From Octopus sinensis (taxonomy: Eukaryota), in assembly GCF_006345805.1 (NCBI RefSeq), contig NC_042997.1, forward strand, positions 4,712,001 through 4,776,000: a stretch of DNA of 64,000 nucleotides. The letters run 5' to 3'. The notes below the pieces were generated by a model that was not told the origin of the DNA, searched no databases, and saw only the letters and a list, made by a program, of their open reading frames with translations. The position numbers and the translations under genes were made by a program. This document shows positions 27,267 to 41,249 of the stretch, in pieces (within the stretch, counting starts at the first letter, position 1; every line of letters begins with the position of its first letter).

Positions 27267-28879
27267 TGAGATTGTATTATTTTTTGGACCAATGGATATA
27301 AGGAGACAATCAATTTTTGAAATTCACTTCACAAAGAATTACCACCTGTAACCACGTAATCCAGCAGGATCGTCACTCATTATGTGAAAAAAATTAGGAG
27401 ACTGAAACCATCGTTCGAACATAAGTAGTGTATTAACATCTGTAGCGAATGCAAGTTTGAGGATGCCTAATATGAATTAGCTTAGTGGAACATAGCATAG
27501 TTTACACAAAACTCTCCAGATACAAAATGAATACAAAATTTCAGATTAAACATTGAAATGAACTATTATACTTGCATTGCTGATAATCTGAATTAATGAT
27601 AAATTATTGCATGTGTATCTCCTGGGGAATTATAATGCTTCGATCATTAAAGGACAAGATAAGAACATATATCAGAGTCGATCTATCTCTAGTTTACTTC
27701 CTTCAATGATTTCGAAAGCAGCATTTCCAGAAATACATCATTTCTGTCTCTCTCTCTCTCTCACTCTCTCTCTACTTACCTACCTATTTATGCATGTATA
27801 TATAGGTAAATATATTTATATGCATGTGTGCGTGTCTAGGTAGATAAAGAGTTAGATAGATACATACAAACATACATTCATACAGACATACAAATACTAA
27901 ACCATAGATAATCAACAGTGCACAGAATACAAAATCAATACCTGCTCATAGATCAGAAATTTTTTAAAAACCCACAAAATTCACTTCGATGAACTAGATC
28001 TATATCAATCCTAAGTAAACAATTGCATATCCTTAGAATAAGCATTACATTTTTGTCATGTGTGCATACATGACATCTATTGACACTGATTTTAATAATG
28101 TGACGTATTTAAGATTTTCGTCGAGTAATATTGCATCTTATATTAACTATGTGAAGATACTATTTACGTTCCCAATTTAAAGAAACTGATTGCGTGTTTT
28201 ATTTTTATTATTTAAAAAATTCTTATGAAAATAATATGAAAAGTGAAATATATGTTGAAAATAATTATATATTTTCTTATTGGCAACAACGCTCATTAAA
28301 TTGTTCTTTTTTTTAAAATTGCATTGCATTTCGGTAATATATTTAATAAATGTTTGACACTCTCGATAAATGATATTTTATTTTATTGAATAACAAATAA
28401 TAATCACCCAAAAATTGTTGTGTTAACATGATAAGAACTAAAAGAAAAGGAAGAGAAATACGTAACCTTTAAAACTCCTTAGTATATTCCTATCTGATAT
28501 ATAAGAATATTTTTAGTATACAATTGTGTAATATTGCAGAATATGCAAGGAATGTACCTTTATGCGCAGTTATTACGTTTAGATCTTAATAATATGCCGG
28601 CGAAAATACAATGGGAAAGATTTAAATAAGAAACGCTTCATGCTGGATTTCATATTGGATTTTACCCATACTAAATGATCATGAACAATGGAGTTTCAAA
28701 ATGATATTCCTAATTTAGAGAAAAAAAGCAGTCGGAATTTAGTCCCCAGGTAAAATCATACTTAGGTTTCTGCAGATGCACAATGTAAATACACAAGCAC
28801 ACACACTTACGCACATGCATATGCTCATACATACATATATGTGCAAACGTACATCCACATAAAAATCTATAAACATACT

Positions 28880-28891
28880 TATATATATATA

Positions 28892-28947
<56 letters not shown>

Positions 28948-28995
28948 TAGATAAAACCACTATTAGGCAAATCAAACAGTGAAAAACATAAACCA

Positions 28996-29050
<55 letters not shown>
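28880..29050. repeat. (TA)n and (TG)n microsatellites
   Basis: Seen directly. Confidence 0.9.
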
Positions 29051-29051
<1 letters not shown>

Positions 29052-29949
29052 CGATATATGCATGTTTGTGTATATGCGCGCGCTTGTGTGTATCAATATA
29101 AAGTTTAATAATGCTTATATCACGACCATTATGCAGTTGTTCTGTAAAAGAACTGATCAATTCGGGGGTAAGAAAGCAATGTATAACGCTGTAAATTAAT
29201 ATATCAATAAATCAGATAGCTTATTGGGTTGAGTTATATGATGTATTCCAACGTATCAATCAGCTTCCTATTATGAAATTTTATGAATCACAATCATGAA
29301 TGTTGTTACATATTATCAAGCTAATAATTTCCTTTCATGTTTCTGCAAAATTCATAGATATGCATGTAAATTCCATATATATTGCATTTCATTCAAGTGA
29401 GAAACTTGAGAAATGTAAAATAGGTTCTCAAAGGCTTTGCTAAACAGCAGAGAAATTATAAATTCATGTATTTATATAGGGAAAAAAATCTCAAATGATA
29501 GATGAAACACTTAATGACAAAATGTCTTGCCCATATTTAACAGAATCCGCACGTGTTCCTATTGCATTACTACGACTCTGGAAGAACAAAGGCTATATAC
29601 AAGGTCCTCTAGAATGCATACGATTCTCTCTAAAATACGTCAGTCTAGTATATGATGAAGTCAGAGTCGCATCGTCATACAAATATTGAAGAGCATTATA
29701 CATAATGCAACCTCTATCCTTCTCTAATTACCTAGTTCTCCCCTTTATCGTTTAATATTTTACTCTCTGTCGCCCTCTTTCTCTTTTATCTCACGCTGCG
29801 CACACGTGAGCAGCATCCATCTTTCTTTTTCTCATGTGATCACCTTTCTTTTCCTGCACGACATCCTAAGGTCTTCTTAACTCTAAGGTTATAACAAACG
29901 ATTTAATTAGGAATACATCACTTTCACATTCTAGATTATATGACAGTGT

Positions 29950-30720
29950 TGATATCTTCAACGATAAAGCTGATTTTAAAAAATTTGTCTTTTTTAAAGC
30001 AGGCTATATATAAAAAATCCTATATTAACCCTATTGATATTAATTCTGCCTCTAATAATCAGAACATGAGATCAAGTTGCAACTTTAATTTTCTTTCGAG
30101 CAACAACACCAGATCGAGTAATGTATTTCTGCAGCGTAAGGGAGATAACCGTAATTTAAGACATTTTTTTTCATTATAAAGGTACATCGAAGACTATTAA
30201 AGATAATTACTCTAATAACAACGTACGTCCTAGCATAATTGTTTCCATAATGATTCCGTATAGTAAGCAGATAAAAATTTTAATCTCCCTGACTAGTTTC
30301 GTGATGCTATTGAAAAGCAAGATACAATTCGATTATTATCTCACACCGAATTAGGATCGGTTCTTCTAACACATTCTTTCACAAATCACCTCTTCGCATA
30401 ATAATTAGTTGTTAAATACAACTCCATTTAATACTAGGATTGATTTTGTTAAAACTAACCATTTTTTAAATAATATTAATAGAAGGGGGTTATTTTTTCT
30501 GAAGTTAACTCCAATCGCATTCGCTCTCTTAGTAGTAATTCTAAGACTAGAAACTCTATTTATCAATGTAAAATTAATTCTAGTTCTGACAGATGGTTTG
30601 ATATCGATAGTTCTTCATCTCAGTTGTCCAAAAGAATATCTAATCCTTACTCTTTATTTAGGCATATCAATAAACGCACCAATACTGGGTGTAGTAAATT
30701 AATCTGATCCTAATAAGCAA
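29950..30720 (-). pseudogene. Possible highly decayed APE-endonuclease LINE fragment
   Basis: Only short motif-like pieces (RNTLLDLVL; DILLDN...NFTLINR) amid many stops. Confidence 0.2.
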
Positions 30721-31885
30721 TTTAATTTGGAATGGAATTGTCTCTCCATTTCTTTACCTTATGACAAAGGTAAACCTTTTTGATTCCTTCATCCTATTCT
30801 CAAAGACACCCCTTGTAAACACCTTCATAGAACGCTTTTGTCGTTGCAAAGTTCAGTAGAAAAATACCTTTAGTTTCTATAAGTGATTTCTATCATTCTA
30901 TAAGATCCAACCTTTGAATGTCTTCTTACATTGCTCTTCCACTACATATATCTACTTTCATTCCTTTAAGCTTTATTCTAATCACTTATCGCTCTATATC
31001 TCTCCACTGTTAGTCTTCTGCTAATTTCATTCTTTCTCCTCTTCTCTTCTCTTTCTATATGCTACCTTTGATGTTATATCAACTTACGGTGCTTTAAAAG
31101 AAACTTGATAGTCTTACCTTTATCATATACCCAGTCATCACCTTTTGTAAAAAATTCTTCTTGATGAGTTTGGTTTCATTCTTTCCCTGATGAGAAGATT
31201 GCATTGTTTTACACCATGTTGTTCCTTTTTGGATAATACCAATGATGTCTTCGAAATAGACTGCAGAAGTAAACAAATTTGGATAACACCTGCGTTTAAG
31301 TCCATTTATATATATACCAAATGGAATATTCTAATAGGCTAGTATTTACATGATTAAATAAAGCTCACCCGTCAACCCTTTTAATTTCTTATTTAATTTT
31401 TGTATACAAATAATTATACTTTTGAATTTGGTCTGTCCGGATTCATTCTGTCATTTATATTTATATTTCTATTATTATTCCTCCATTCGATGATTCAATG
31501 AGCAAATAGAATTATAACATGTATTGCCTTACCTTTCTGAAACGGCCACAGGTTTGGACTGATCTTTTCAATCGCTTCCTTTAATTTATTCTATATTTTC
31601 TACTTTCATGGTACTCCTTATAGATTTTTATGCTTATATTCTTATATTTATATATCATTATCATTTATGTCGTAATATAAATATTTTGTAATTTGAATGG
31701 AACACTATCTCATATCATAATCTGATTTATGATGTTGCTTGTCTGAATGTTTAAGACTAATATCTAAAATGTTTATCTTATACCAAATTTTATTAAAGTT
31801 TAGCTAATATACGAGCGAAATACAGTTGTACCATATACTAGAGACTTATGCCCATTAAAACTATCATATTCTCTCTCTCTCTCTC

Positions 31886-32045
31886 TGGCTGTGTCGTAAG
31901 TAGCTTGCTTACCAACCACATGGTTCCGGGTTCAGTCCTACTGCGTGGCATCTTGGGCAAGTATCTTCTGCTATAGCTCCGTGCCGACCAATGCCTTGTG
32001 AGTGGATTTGGTAGACGAAAACTGAAAGAAGCCCGTCGTATATAC

Positions 32046-32129
<84 letters not shown>

Positions 32130-32356
32130 TGTGTGTGTGTTTGTGTGTCTGTGTTTGTCCCCCTAGCATTGCTTGACAACCGATGCTGGTGTGTTTACGT
32201 CCCCGTAACTTAGCGGTTCGGCAAAACAGACCGATAGAAGAAGTACAGGGCTTACAAAGAATAAGTCCTTGAGTCGATTTGCTCGACTAAAGGCGGTGCT
32301 CCAGCATGGCCGCAGTCAAATGACTGAAACAAGTAAAAGAGTAAAAGAGTAAAAGA

Positions 32357-32359
<3 letters not shown>
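31886..32359 (+). mobile_element. tRNA-derived SINE family 1, best copy
   Basis: A-box-like tggctgtgtcgtaag, B-box-like ggttcagtcctactgc, an internal (TA)n(TG)n, a conserved 3' half and an (AAAAGAGT)n tail. Three other copies occur in the window. Confidence 0.9.
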
Positions 32360-32394
<35 letters not shown>

Positions 32395-33359
32395 CTTCCG
32401 AGACTCAAAAATGTGTATACATACTCATATGCTCACTCCAACGCATGACTATATGTGTGTATTTATATGGACGTGTTACAACGTTATGCATCTCATGTTC
32501 ATGCATGTATTATATATGGGTAACATTTTAATTATGATTACCTTTATACATTATAATACTAGTGTATACGTTCATGCGTACAGGTATTCCCGAGTACTCT
32601 TCAATGTCAGTTCAGCTTTCTTGGATATATACATAATTATCTCCCTTTCAAATAGTAGTATCATTCCTGTTTTACCTATTATACTTCATGGAATGGTAGC
32701 CATGAAATATAAAGTTCTCAAATTTTGTCTTTGTAATTGTAATACCTCTCAAATAAAATCAATTACAAAGCTATTTTGTTTGGCGATTTTTATGTACAGT
32801 TGTTGGATATGCATCAAGCTATAAGTTATTAAATGGTAATCATACTGATATTTACACCACAAAGGAGAATAACACAGGAAATTGCCGTGTAAAATGTTGG
32901 ATATAAATACTAGTAGGATGCGACATGAGGGTATATACGATTTATCCGCGAAAATAAGTCAGAATTATATTTATAATCAATTACAGGAAATCTTTACTAA
33001 GACGTCTCTACGCATATTCGTTTACAAGACACTCCGTACATGGTATTTTATTTTCCAAGTAAGAATATTCTACCTTTTTGATATAAATTTGAATATATGA
33101 GTGTCTAGCAGAAGAATCGTAGACGTATATAATAAATTTTCATGATATATATTATTAAAACATAGTTTAGGAAAGCCAGTTACCTATCATTATAAAGTGA
33201 AACATGTTTCATTTTCTCCTGAATCCCTTACATGTTACCAAACATCACGAAGATTACAACCTTTACCCGACAACTAAAAGTCTGTAGATTATATTGTGTT
33301 ATATTTTGATACTCATAGAGGTTTATATGAACGGGCGTATATATATTTCTAGATAGAAA

Positions 33360-33457
33360 GGTAGATAGATAGATGATGGATGGCTGGCTATGTAGGAAGG
33401 TAGGTAGGTAGATGGAGGGATAGATAAATAGAGAGAGAGAGATGAATGAAAGGGAAT

Positions 33458-33523
<66 letters not shown>

Positions 33524-33590
33524 CATATCTATATATATCTATAGATTGATAGATACATACATACATACATACATAAATGCATACATAGAT
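33360..33590. repeat. Compound (TAGA)/(GA)/(TA)/(TACA) microsatellite
   Basis: Seen directly. Confidence 0.9.
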
Positions 33591-33606
33591 AATTCTCCTC
33601 GTATAT

Positions 33607-33641
33607 ATTTCTGACGATGCTTGGAGTACGAAACATTAAGT
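33607..33641 (+). ncRNA. Degenerate hammerhead-like motif
   Basis: attt CTGACGA tgct-tgg-agta c GAAA CA TT aagt. The core is canonical, but G10.1 is missing and stem III is mismatched. Confidence 0.3.
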
Positions 33642-33912
33642 TTCTTCCCTTTCTTTTTAAAATTTCTACTATAAAGTTTTAGATAAAACTTCTCCGATCT
33701 ATGAGGTTTTCTTTCATTCTCTGTTCATTTGCAATATGTCTATATATCAAGCTATCTATCTATCTGTTTATCAACCAATTAATCAATCTAGCTACCTTTC
33801 ACCTATCAACCAATGAATCAATCTAGCCCTATCTTTATTATTCAATTAATTAATCTATCTTTCAATCTATCTTTCTAGCGAGCAGCTAGCAAGTTCACAG
33901 CAAACACACACA

Positions 33913-33957
<45 letters not shown>

Positions 33958-35161
33958 TCAGAAACACACAGACATACACATACGAAGAGGCAAATATCCA
34001 CATATCCTTTGTGATTGACTGAGCGTAGCAAAAATTAACCCATCTGTACCAATAAAATGCCTAAGTTCATTGTTTCGTTTCAGAATTGAAGCTTGTTACG
34101 TGTAGCAAATTTACAAAGCGTTGCTGTGCATGTTATGAAGAAACCATTTTTAAAAAAGGCAAATAATTTGCCTATAATATGTCATTTGAGAATCTACAGC
34201 CTTACGATAAAGTTCAGTTTTATTTAAATCAAAGTACAATAATATAAAAGTATTGCCTTCCAAACAACCATTAACATTACATTAATCTCTGGAAAAAAAA
34301 TTCTTTTATATTTCACCATGTTCAATATAATAAATATTTGGCACACATATTACTGAAGCTAAAGATTTATAGCTTCCTTAGGTTGGTTAATTCGTTTGAA
34401 GATAATGATTTTAAATAATCCTATATTTTCGGTTTATTATCTGTTAATGGAACATTATGCCTAATTAATCAATTTTATTTTGCAGATCATTAAACATATT
34501 CTTCACTTCATTAAGAACCTTCAAAATGTTATGTCTGAAAAGATATCTCGTGAATATATCTAAAGCCTTAGAATACTTGGCAAGAATTTCTTTGCGCACG
34601 TCGCTAATATCGAAAGTAATTAAATACTTTTGAAGGAAACATAGTTCCTTGTGTGATCAATATAGTTCCACATCATTGATTTAGAAACTGTGTACCCGAT
34701 TACAAGTGCTTAAATAGGCATATAGACAAAAATCCACGTATATTCACAGTTCTACCGATATATTGATTTTAAAGTCTATGAAGGCATATACGTTTATATA
34801 TTAGAGACAAAGAAAGAGAGGAAGGCAACGGCAAAAAGGTTTTAAACAGAGAGCAAATAAGGAAATATGGAAGGAAAGGAAAACTGTTCAATGATAGGAA
34901 TGGCTAAACATCTCTTTGGATAAATATGTATCATCCATTGTTAGGCGTTCCTGTACAACAGAATTGTTTATGGTAAAGGATAACGATGGCAAAAATTTCG
35001 TTGTAGAACTGTTCCAAGGAATCGATTCTATAAACATCATTCTAGTTGTATATGTTTCTATGCTTGTATGGGAGTACATGAGATACTTGTGAATGTATGA
35101 AAGTAAGTACTTAGCTGGAAGGGTCATTCTCTTTCTAACCTTTTCCCTCTTCGTATGTATA

Positions 35162-35164
<3 letters not shown>

Positions 35165-35226
<62 letters not shown>

Positions 35227-35268
35227 TATTATTATTATTATTATTATTATTTATTATTATTATTATTA
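35165..35268. repeat. (TTA)n
   Basis: Seen directly. Confidence 0.95.
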
Positions 35269-35449
35269 GTGCCTTTGCACAGCTTTTAACGCTGGATATT
35301 TACTACGGTGTAAGCTGTTCACTACCAGTGAACTAAGGTAACACCTCTTATTTTTCGAGCACTTTCCGGAGTATTACAGCGGCTCCAAGCAGTACTGTTT
35401 TCAGCAAGTACACCACTCTTTATACAGCCCCTATCTGTTCCATGTATTC
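35269..35449 (-). mobile_element. 3' end of a second R4-like RLE retrotransposon family (5'-truncated)
   Basis: The minus translation EYMEQIGAV*RVVYLLKTVLLGAAVILRKVLEK* aligns without gaps to the R4 C-terminus KYITKTPGLTNIYNIQKIALLGTAHILRRTLSIQ*. It has a different 3' UTR and a (TAA)n tail. Confidence 0.7.
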
Positions 35450-35514
35450 TTCTTCTTCTTCTTCTTCTTCTTCTTCTTCTTCTTCTTCTTCTTCTTCTTC
35501 TTCTCTTCTTCTTC

Positions 35515-35576
<62 letters not shown>

Positions 35577-35592
35577 TATTATTATTATTATT
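35450..35592. repeat. (TTC)n-(TTA)n
   Basis: Seen directly. Confidence 0.95.
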
Positions 35593-35790
35593 CAGTAGTT
35601 TTATTTCTATAGCGTGCTTTCACTTCACAACCGAGCGCAGCTCTGTGTGCCTTGGGTATGTGCTGTGATTTGTTGTGATGCTCTGTTGGTTATTGTATGG
35701 AAAGTGTTCTGCGTAGGATGTGTGCAGTGCCTAGTAGTGCAATTTTCTGTATGTTATATGTGTTTGTAAGTCCTGGTGTTTTTGTTATGT
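35593..35790 (-). mobile_element. About 200-bp 5'-truncated copy of the R4/Dong family at 10.5-16.6 kb
   Basis: Near-identical reverse complement of about 16360-16557, with (TTA)n on both sides. Confidence 0.9.
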
Positions 35791-35795
35791 TATTA

Positions 35796-35859
<64 letters not shown>

Positions 35860-35875
35860 ATTATTATTATTATTA

Positions 35876-36429
35876 AGTGACAGAGCAGTGCATGCCATCA
35901 AAGTGACACTGGGGTAAAATATACGAAGCCCAGTATACCCATCATGACTACCCGTCTGATAAGGATACACCAGGCATATGCATCACAACCATATGTGCGT
36001 GACCTGGTGCTCTCATATCAAGATAAACGGCACATGACCTTGCAGGTGGGGCTCAATTAGAAGTGTCTTCTGGCCGAGTAACCCATCCCGCTCAAAAGGT
36101 CCTTGAATAAGGGTTGTTTAAAGATGTTGAATGAAACATCCATGTTTCCAGAGGTGAATTATTCAAATCCCAAAGAGTCCCTCTCAACATATGGCTATGA
36201 TGCTCCCCCACTACTGCTTGTGATCAGAGATGCATATATCGTCAGCCAATAAGGAACATGCTCAACTGGTTAAGGTCAAACATTTGACAAGCAAATCTGT
36301 GGTAATGAGCAGAATATTTGCTGTAGCCCATCTTTTGCAGCAAGACAAAACAATGTACATGATAATATTTCCATTCAGTTAAAATCAGAAGCCACGAGAG
36401 TCACTACCTGGTATTTCATCAGGGCATTT
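35876..36429 (-). mobile_element. About 550-bp TAA-flanked interspersed element with no recognisable ORF
   Basis: Sharp boundaries against (TTA)n on both sides and higher GC than the flanks. Orientation is assumed from its neighbours. Confidence 0.5.
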
Positions 36430-36452
36430 TATTATTATTATTATTATTATTA

Positions 36453-36488
<36 letters not shown>

Positions 36489-36501
36489 CAGCAGCAGCAT
36501 T

Positions 36502-36551
<50 letters not shown>

Positions 36552-36557
36552 TATCAC

Positions 36558-36622
<65 letters not shown>
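36430..36622. repeat. (TTA)n-(TCA)n-(TTA)n
   Basis: Seen directly. Confidence 0.95.
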
Positions 36623-36626
<4 letters not shown>

Positions 36627-37362
36627 AAACAAGGAAAAAACTATATCCTTCATGGGGATAGAAAATGTTCAATTATCATTGGTACTTCAGCTGTATGCCA
36701 CGAATAAAATTACAAAATAAAATTTTGAAAGAAATAGAGAAATACAATTGACATATTAAAAAATTTACATTATATTATAACAGCTATACAAACAAATATT
36801 GTATAATATAACTCATAATAAAACAAATATAATTCCAAATCTTGTTCCGACTGATATCCACTAGTGAATTTATAAAATTCACATTTATGCATATGAGTTT
36901 CTTACGGGTAATATTTGTTCAAAAAGCAGACCAAAATTCCATACTAGAACTGCTAAATCATAAAAGAGACCAATTTGAAATATACATATGTTTACAATTG
37001 TGAGTATTATTAACTCAAAAATATAAGAAATATAATAAAGACAAAAACAAAATTCAAATAAATGAAATAATTAAGTAAAGAAAAATTAGAACACTAATAA
37101 AATGTTCTTCTGCATCTCCAATAATATGAATCTAAAGATATTTTAAACGAAAATAATCACTGCCCATTTTTTTATATAATACGATGTATAGAATATGTTG
37201 AGAATTTATGTTGGAGTAGGAAATATATTTTATTAAAAATTACTATATGCTAGGATGAAAACAATTAATGAATAGGGATATATATGATACGATTATATTA
37301 TAGTAGAATGTAAATACATTTTTTATTATGTGTTTTTTTATTTTCCCATTTCCTTTAATATT

Positions 37363-37413
<51 letters not shown>

Positions 37414-38229
37414 ACGTATGCGTGCATGTATGTATGCGTATTTCCTCCCACTAGTCAGAGTTTTGCCTCATTTTGTAGAGGACAGTATTCTTAGGTATTA
37501 ATGGCAAATTTTCCTCAAGCCACAGACACCGAGCCCATTTTGTGGCCGTGGATGAATCAGATATTTGTCACAACTCCCTCCAGTTTCACAAATAACCTCT
37601 CACGGAATAGTTCAGGCGAATCAAGATTATGTTTATTGTTCTTCACGGGTCCGGGCTGTATTAATGTCAAATAGTTGACATCATTGTCTCACCGATCACA
37701 TCCTGAGAAAATTATTTCCATAAATAGAGATTTTACACGTAACGTTTGGAGTAAATTGCTTGAGAATTTGTGTTTATAGTCCTCTTTTGTATTTCGAATC
37801 ATCAGCGGGACTTTTGTTTTAAATGTTTTAATATGTCAATTGTATTTCTCTAAGTCTTGAATTAGCTATATCCTCTTATAACTTGATGTTCAGTAAAACA
37901 TAATGGTTAGCGTCATTTCTTTAGGCTTTACGTTATTTTATTGGAATCGATGTGTTGCAGACTAGGACGGGGATATAATCGATTTGCGTCATCCCAAGAA
38001 AAGTAATGTTTTTATTCGAATATTCGAAAGAAATTTCGGACGAGCATAATCCAATGAACCCGGAAATTGAAAACGGAGGGTTATCTACTTGCAAACAAAT
38101 GTGGTAACATGTTACAATATTGGCCGAGGTTATAGTGGTCTTTTCCGTAGGCTTTTCTTCCCACGAATAAACCTTATCTGCTTCCCCTTTACACCTTACA
38201 TCTGTGATACACGATACCTTGATCGTTGT

Positions 38230-38436
38230 TTTTTCTTTCTTTGTTGCTTTTCCTTTTAAGTTTCTTTTCCCTTTTTTTTCTTCTTTCTGCTTTTCCTTTT
38301 ACGATTCCTTTTGATCGAAAACCTACACCACCTTTATATTTTTTCTTCTTTTTTTTCTTCTCCCACAAAAAGAAAAGCTCTACTTTGTAATCTGTCCTGT
38401 CTGTGCGCAGTCCTGTGTGGCTAATAAAGAAACATA
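38230..38436 (+). mobile_element. Probable LINE 3' end (T-rich UTR ending aataaagaaacatata)
   Basis: Same terminal architecture (aataaagaaa) as the element end near 43167-43176. No protein support. Confidence 0.3.
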
Positions 38437-38709
38437 TATACTACAGAGGAACTACATTTTCCATACAATTAACGAGTGAGATATAGTGACTAGTTCAAGT
38501 ACGTGTGTGTGTGTGTGTATTTTCTTACTTTTTGTTTTGTAAAATATATCATACATAATTGTATATGTATTTCTGCACGTAAGACGTGGTCACGACAGTT
38601 GGTTTCGCTTGTGAATTTAAGAGATGGATGTCAGATATTTTAAAATGGTTTATGATATCCACAAATATACATGATTTCTCAAACGCTTATTAATATTCAA
38701 AAACACCAA

Positions 38710-38930
38710 CACAAGCAGGCATACAAATCCTTTCTACTTTATGCACAAGGCCCAAACTTTTTGGTAAGGTGTCTACTCGATTACACCAAGCCACTACTAG
38801 ACTAGTACTTATTTTATTCTCTACAAAAGAGATGAGACGCATAGTGGATCTCAGCGGAATTTGAAATCACAGCGTAAAAACAAACAGAATGTCGGTAAGC
38901 ATATTGTCCAGCCTGCACATGATACTGTCA
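38710..38930 (-). mobile_element. Degenerate SINE family 2 copy
   Basis: agtacttattttatt...ctcagcggaatttgaaatcacagcgta parallels 59075-59150. Confidence 0.4.
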
Positions 38931-41249
38931 TCTAGATGTCTTGTAGAAATTTATAAATAAATCACAAAATAAATAAATCACATATCTTGAACACGAAATT
39001 TTCAGACGTTGAATGATTTCTTCCTAACAAATTCAAAAGTATCTTAAAATTTACAAACGCATTTCTGAATTAAATATCTTCAAATAACCATATTGAACGA
39101 AATTCAGCATAAGCCAAGATCAGTATAAGATTGGTTTCCAGATATTGCGTGGCTATATGCGAAGATCACAAGTAGGTTTTAATATTCGCTACGGCTGTTT
39201 CGGTAGTACTTTAATAACAGTTTCTTAGATTACAACACAATATGCATCCATCATTTACAGGTAAACTTTTAAGCATGTATAAACAGAAAAGATGAAAATT
39301 GAAGATTAAGATCTCTATCATTAACATGTTAACGTGATAGCTGTTTAATAAGACATTATCAAAATTTTAACTAATTTTTATACATGTATAATATCTTACC
39401 TAAGGATAGTGAATTTATGCTATGATGGAATCTATCAATGCATCAATAAAATGCTATTGAAACAGCTGTAGTAAATTTAAAACCTTTTTTTTAGTTCTTT
39501 TTGTTCTTGTTATATATGTTTTTATTGATGCATACGAACGACCAGAGGATCCGTGAACGACGCTCCCTCTTCATGCAGATATCCCTATTTACCTTATGAA
39601 ATATGTCCTATTTTTAATCAGTATGTAATCCGAAAGAGTTTTGTGGCTATTCTCTTTACGCAATGAATCTTCTTTTTGCCATAAACGCTGGAGTATTTTC
39701 AATATTTTATCGATTTTATTTGACTCATAACTCCAATAGTCCATCATTGTCTGTAGTGTGTGTGAACTGATATATTCTACTGAGATTTCTGTTACAGAAT
39801 GATTGATATCAAATTTCAAATATATTTCATATTACGATTTATTATCTTGTACGTACTAAAATAAAATGCAATTGCGTGTAAGAGCTAACCAACTGCAACC
39901 ATGATTATGAATAAATTATTATGGACAGGCTGTATGCCGCTTGAAATTCATAAAGCAGACAGCAGCCGTGCGAATATGATAAATGAAAAGAAAAATTGTG
40001 ATGAAGACTTTTGTTTAAATCATTAAAGATACGGTAAGGTCACAACATATTTGAACTTTTAGCAAGCTATGTGGAAGAATTTGATGTCATTGACAATTTG
40101 ATTAACTGAAATTATGGAATAAATGCTTGTAGAATATGAAAAATAAATAGGTATTTGCACTGCTCATACTCGTGGATTTCTAAATGCGTTAACTTTTCTG
40201 AACTACACTTAACTGAATCAATATTCTGATAGTTCTTCATCCTCATCAATTGATTAGAATTAATTATACTTCATCAAATTTTTAATTAAATAGAATTATT
40301 TTCATTCCCCTTTCCCTCACGGTATAATAGCAATTGTAGAAGAGTTGAACTCATACACCCTATGATAGAATCTCATACATTTATAAAAGCGGGTACTCAA
40401 AAACAATTCGTCAATATGATCTAACGAATATATGTGTATGTGTTTGGGCGTAAATATGTGTGTGTGTGGGGGGTGCATTTGTGTGCGTTTGCGTCTCTAT
40501 GTGGGTGTCTATAGGTGTCTCTGAAAGACGGTATCTTCACAACGAAATTAGATGCTTTGACGTTATTGATTTCCAGGGTGTATTTTACATTTTGACCACT
40601 GATGGATACCTGATATACCAGTTATGTGTAAAACAGGTTCGGCCATATACTGTGAAAGCAACAAATTTTGAACGGAACCCAAACAATTCCATCAACACGC
40701 TGAACAAAACAGTATTAAAAAGTTATCGTTTTTGTTTAGAAAACGCATAATCTCAGACTAATTTTATCCACGTTTGTGTGATTCTAAAACAACTAACCAG
40801 CATCAACATCGATGAAAGTTCAATTAACCAATATTTGTATTTTAAAAATCTGAAATTGAATATTGTAAGTGGTAAACACTATTTCAGGAAGTATTCGGAT
40901 TCATTATAGACAGGAGTTAGAAAAATTTCAATGAAGCAATGAGGAGAGGAACATGAATTAAAATTATTACGGTAGGCGTAGATAGGAATTTATACACCAT
41001 ACTACATATATGCCTGAGGAGTGAATGAAATCAATAAAAGAAGTAACAGATGTGTAATAAACCCAATATATCTCCAATAGAATTATCGTATTTATCACTA
41101 CTAGATGGAATGAGATAATTCGTTTAAGTAGCAAATTGTTGTAAAATGCCATCTGTTAGTATTCATTATTGTAAAAGCAAAGGGAAGTCATCAAATGTAA
41201 ACTTAATATTGGACTGAGTATTAGTTATAAAGAAATTGTATGTAAACAA

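Noticed and set aside
31094-31276. YFEDIIGII as a possible RT YxDD motif
   Set aside because: It is an isolated short motif with no flanking RT blocks.
31886-31960. tRNA-like A/B boxes (also near 18.8, 47.2 and 59.2 kb)
   Set aside because: They are SINE heads continuing into SINE bodies, and no complete cloverleaf was found.
36395-36429. CTGATGA on the minus strand at the edge of the 550-bp element (also CTGATGA near 44224)
   Set aside because: No correctly placed stem II, GAAA and stem III or stem I pairing could be built.
35165-36622. Repeat-unique-repeat alternation superficially like a CRISPR array
   Set aside because: The repeats are variable-length trinucleotide tracts and the 180-550 bp intervening pieces are retroelement ends. 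There are no cas genes and the context is eukaryotic.
37450-37800. Minus-strand HPRPQNGLGV resembling the LINE GGLG motif
   Set aside because: It is too short and surrounded by stops, so it cannot support a call.
40460-40750. 96-aa ORF with a protein-like middle (FDVIDFQGVFYILTTDGYLIY)
   Set aside because: It starts in a (TG)n repeat, has no recognisable family and no convincing splice pair.
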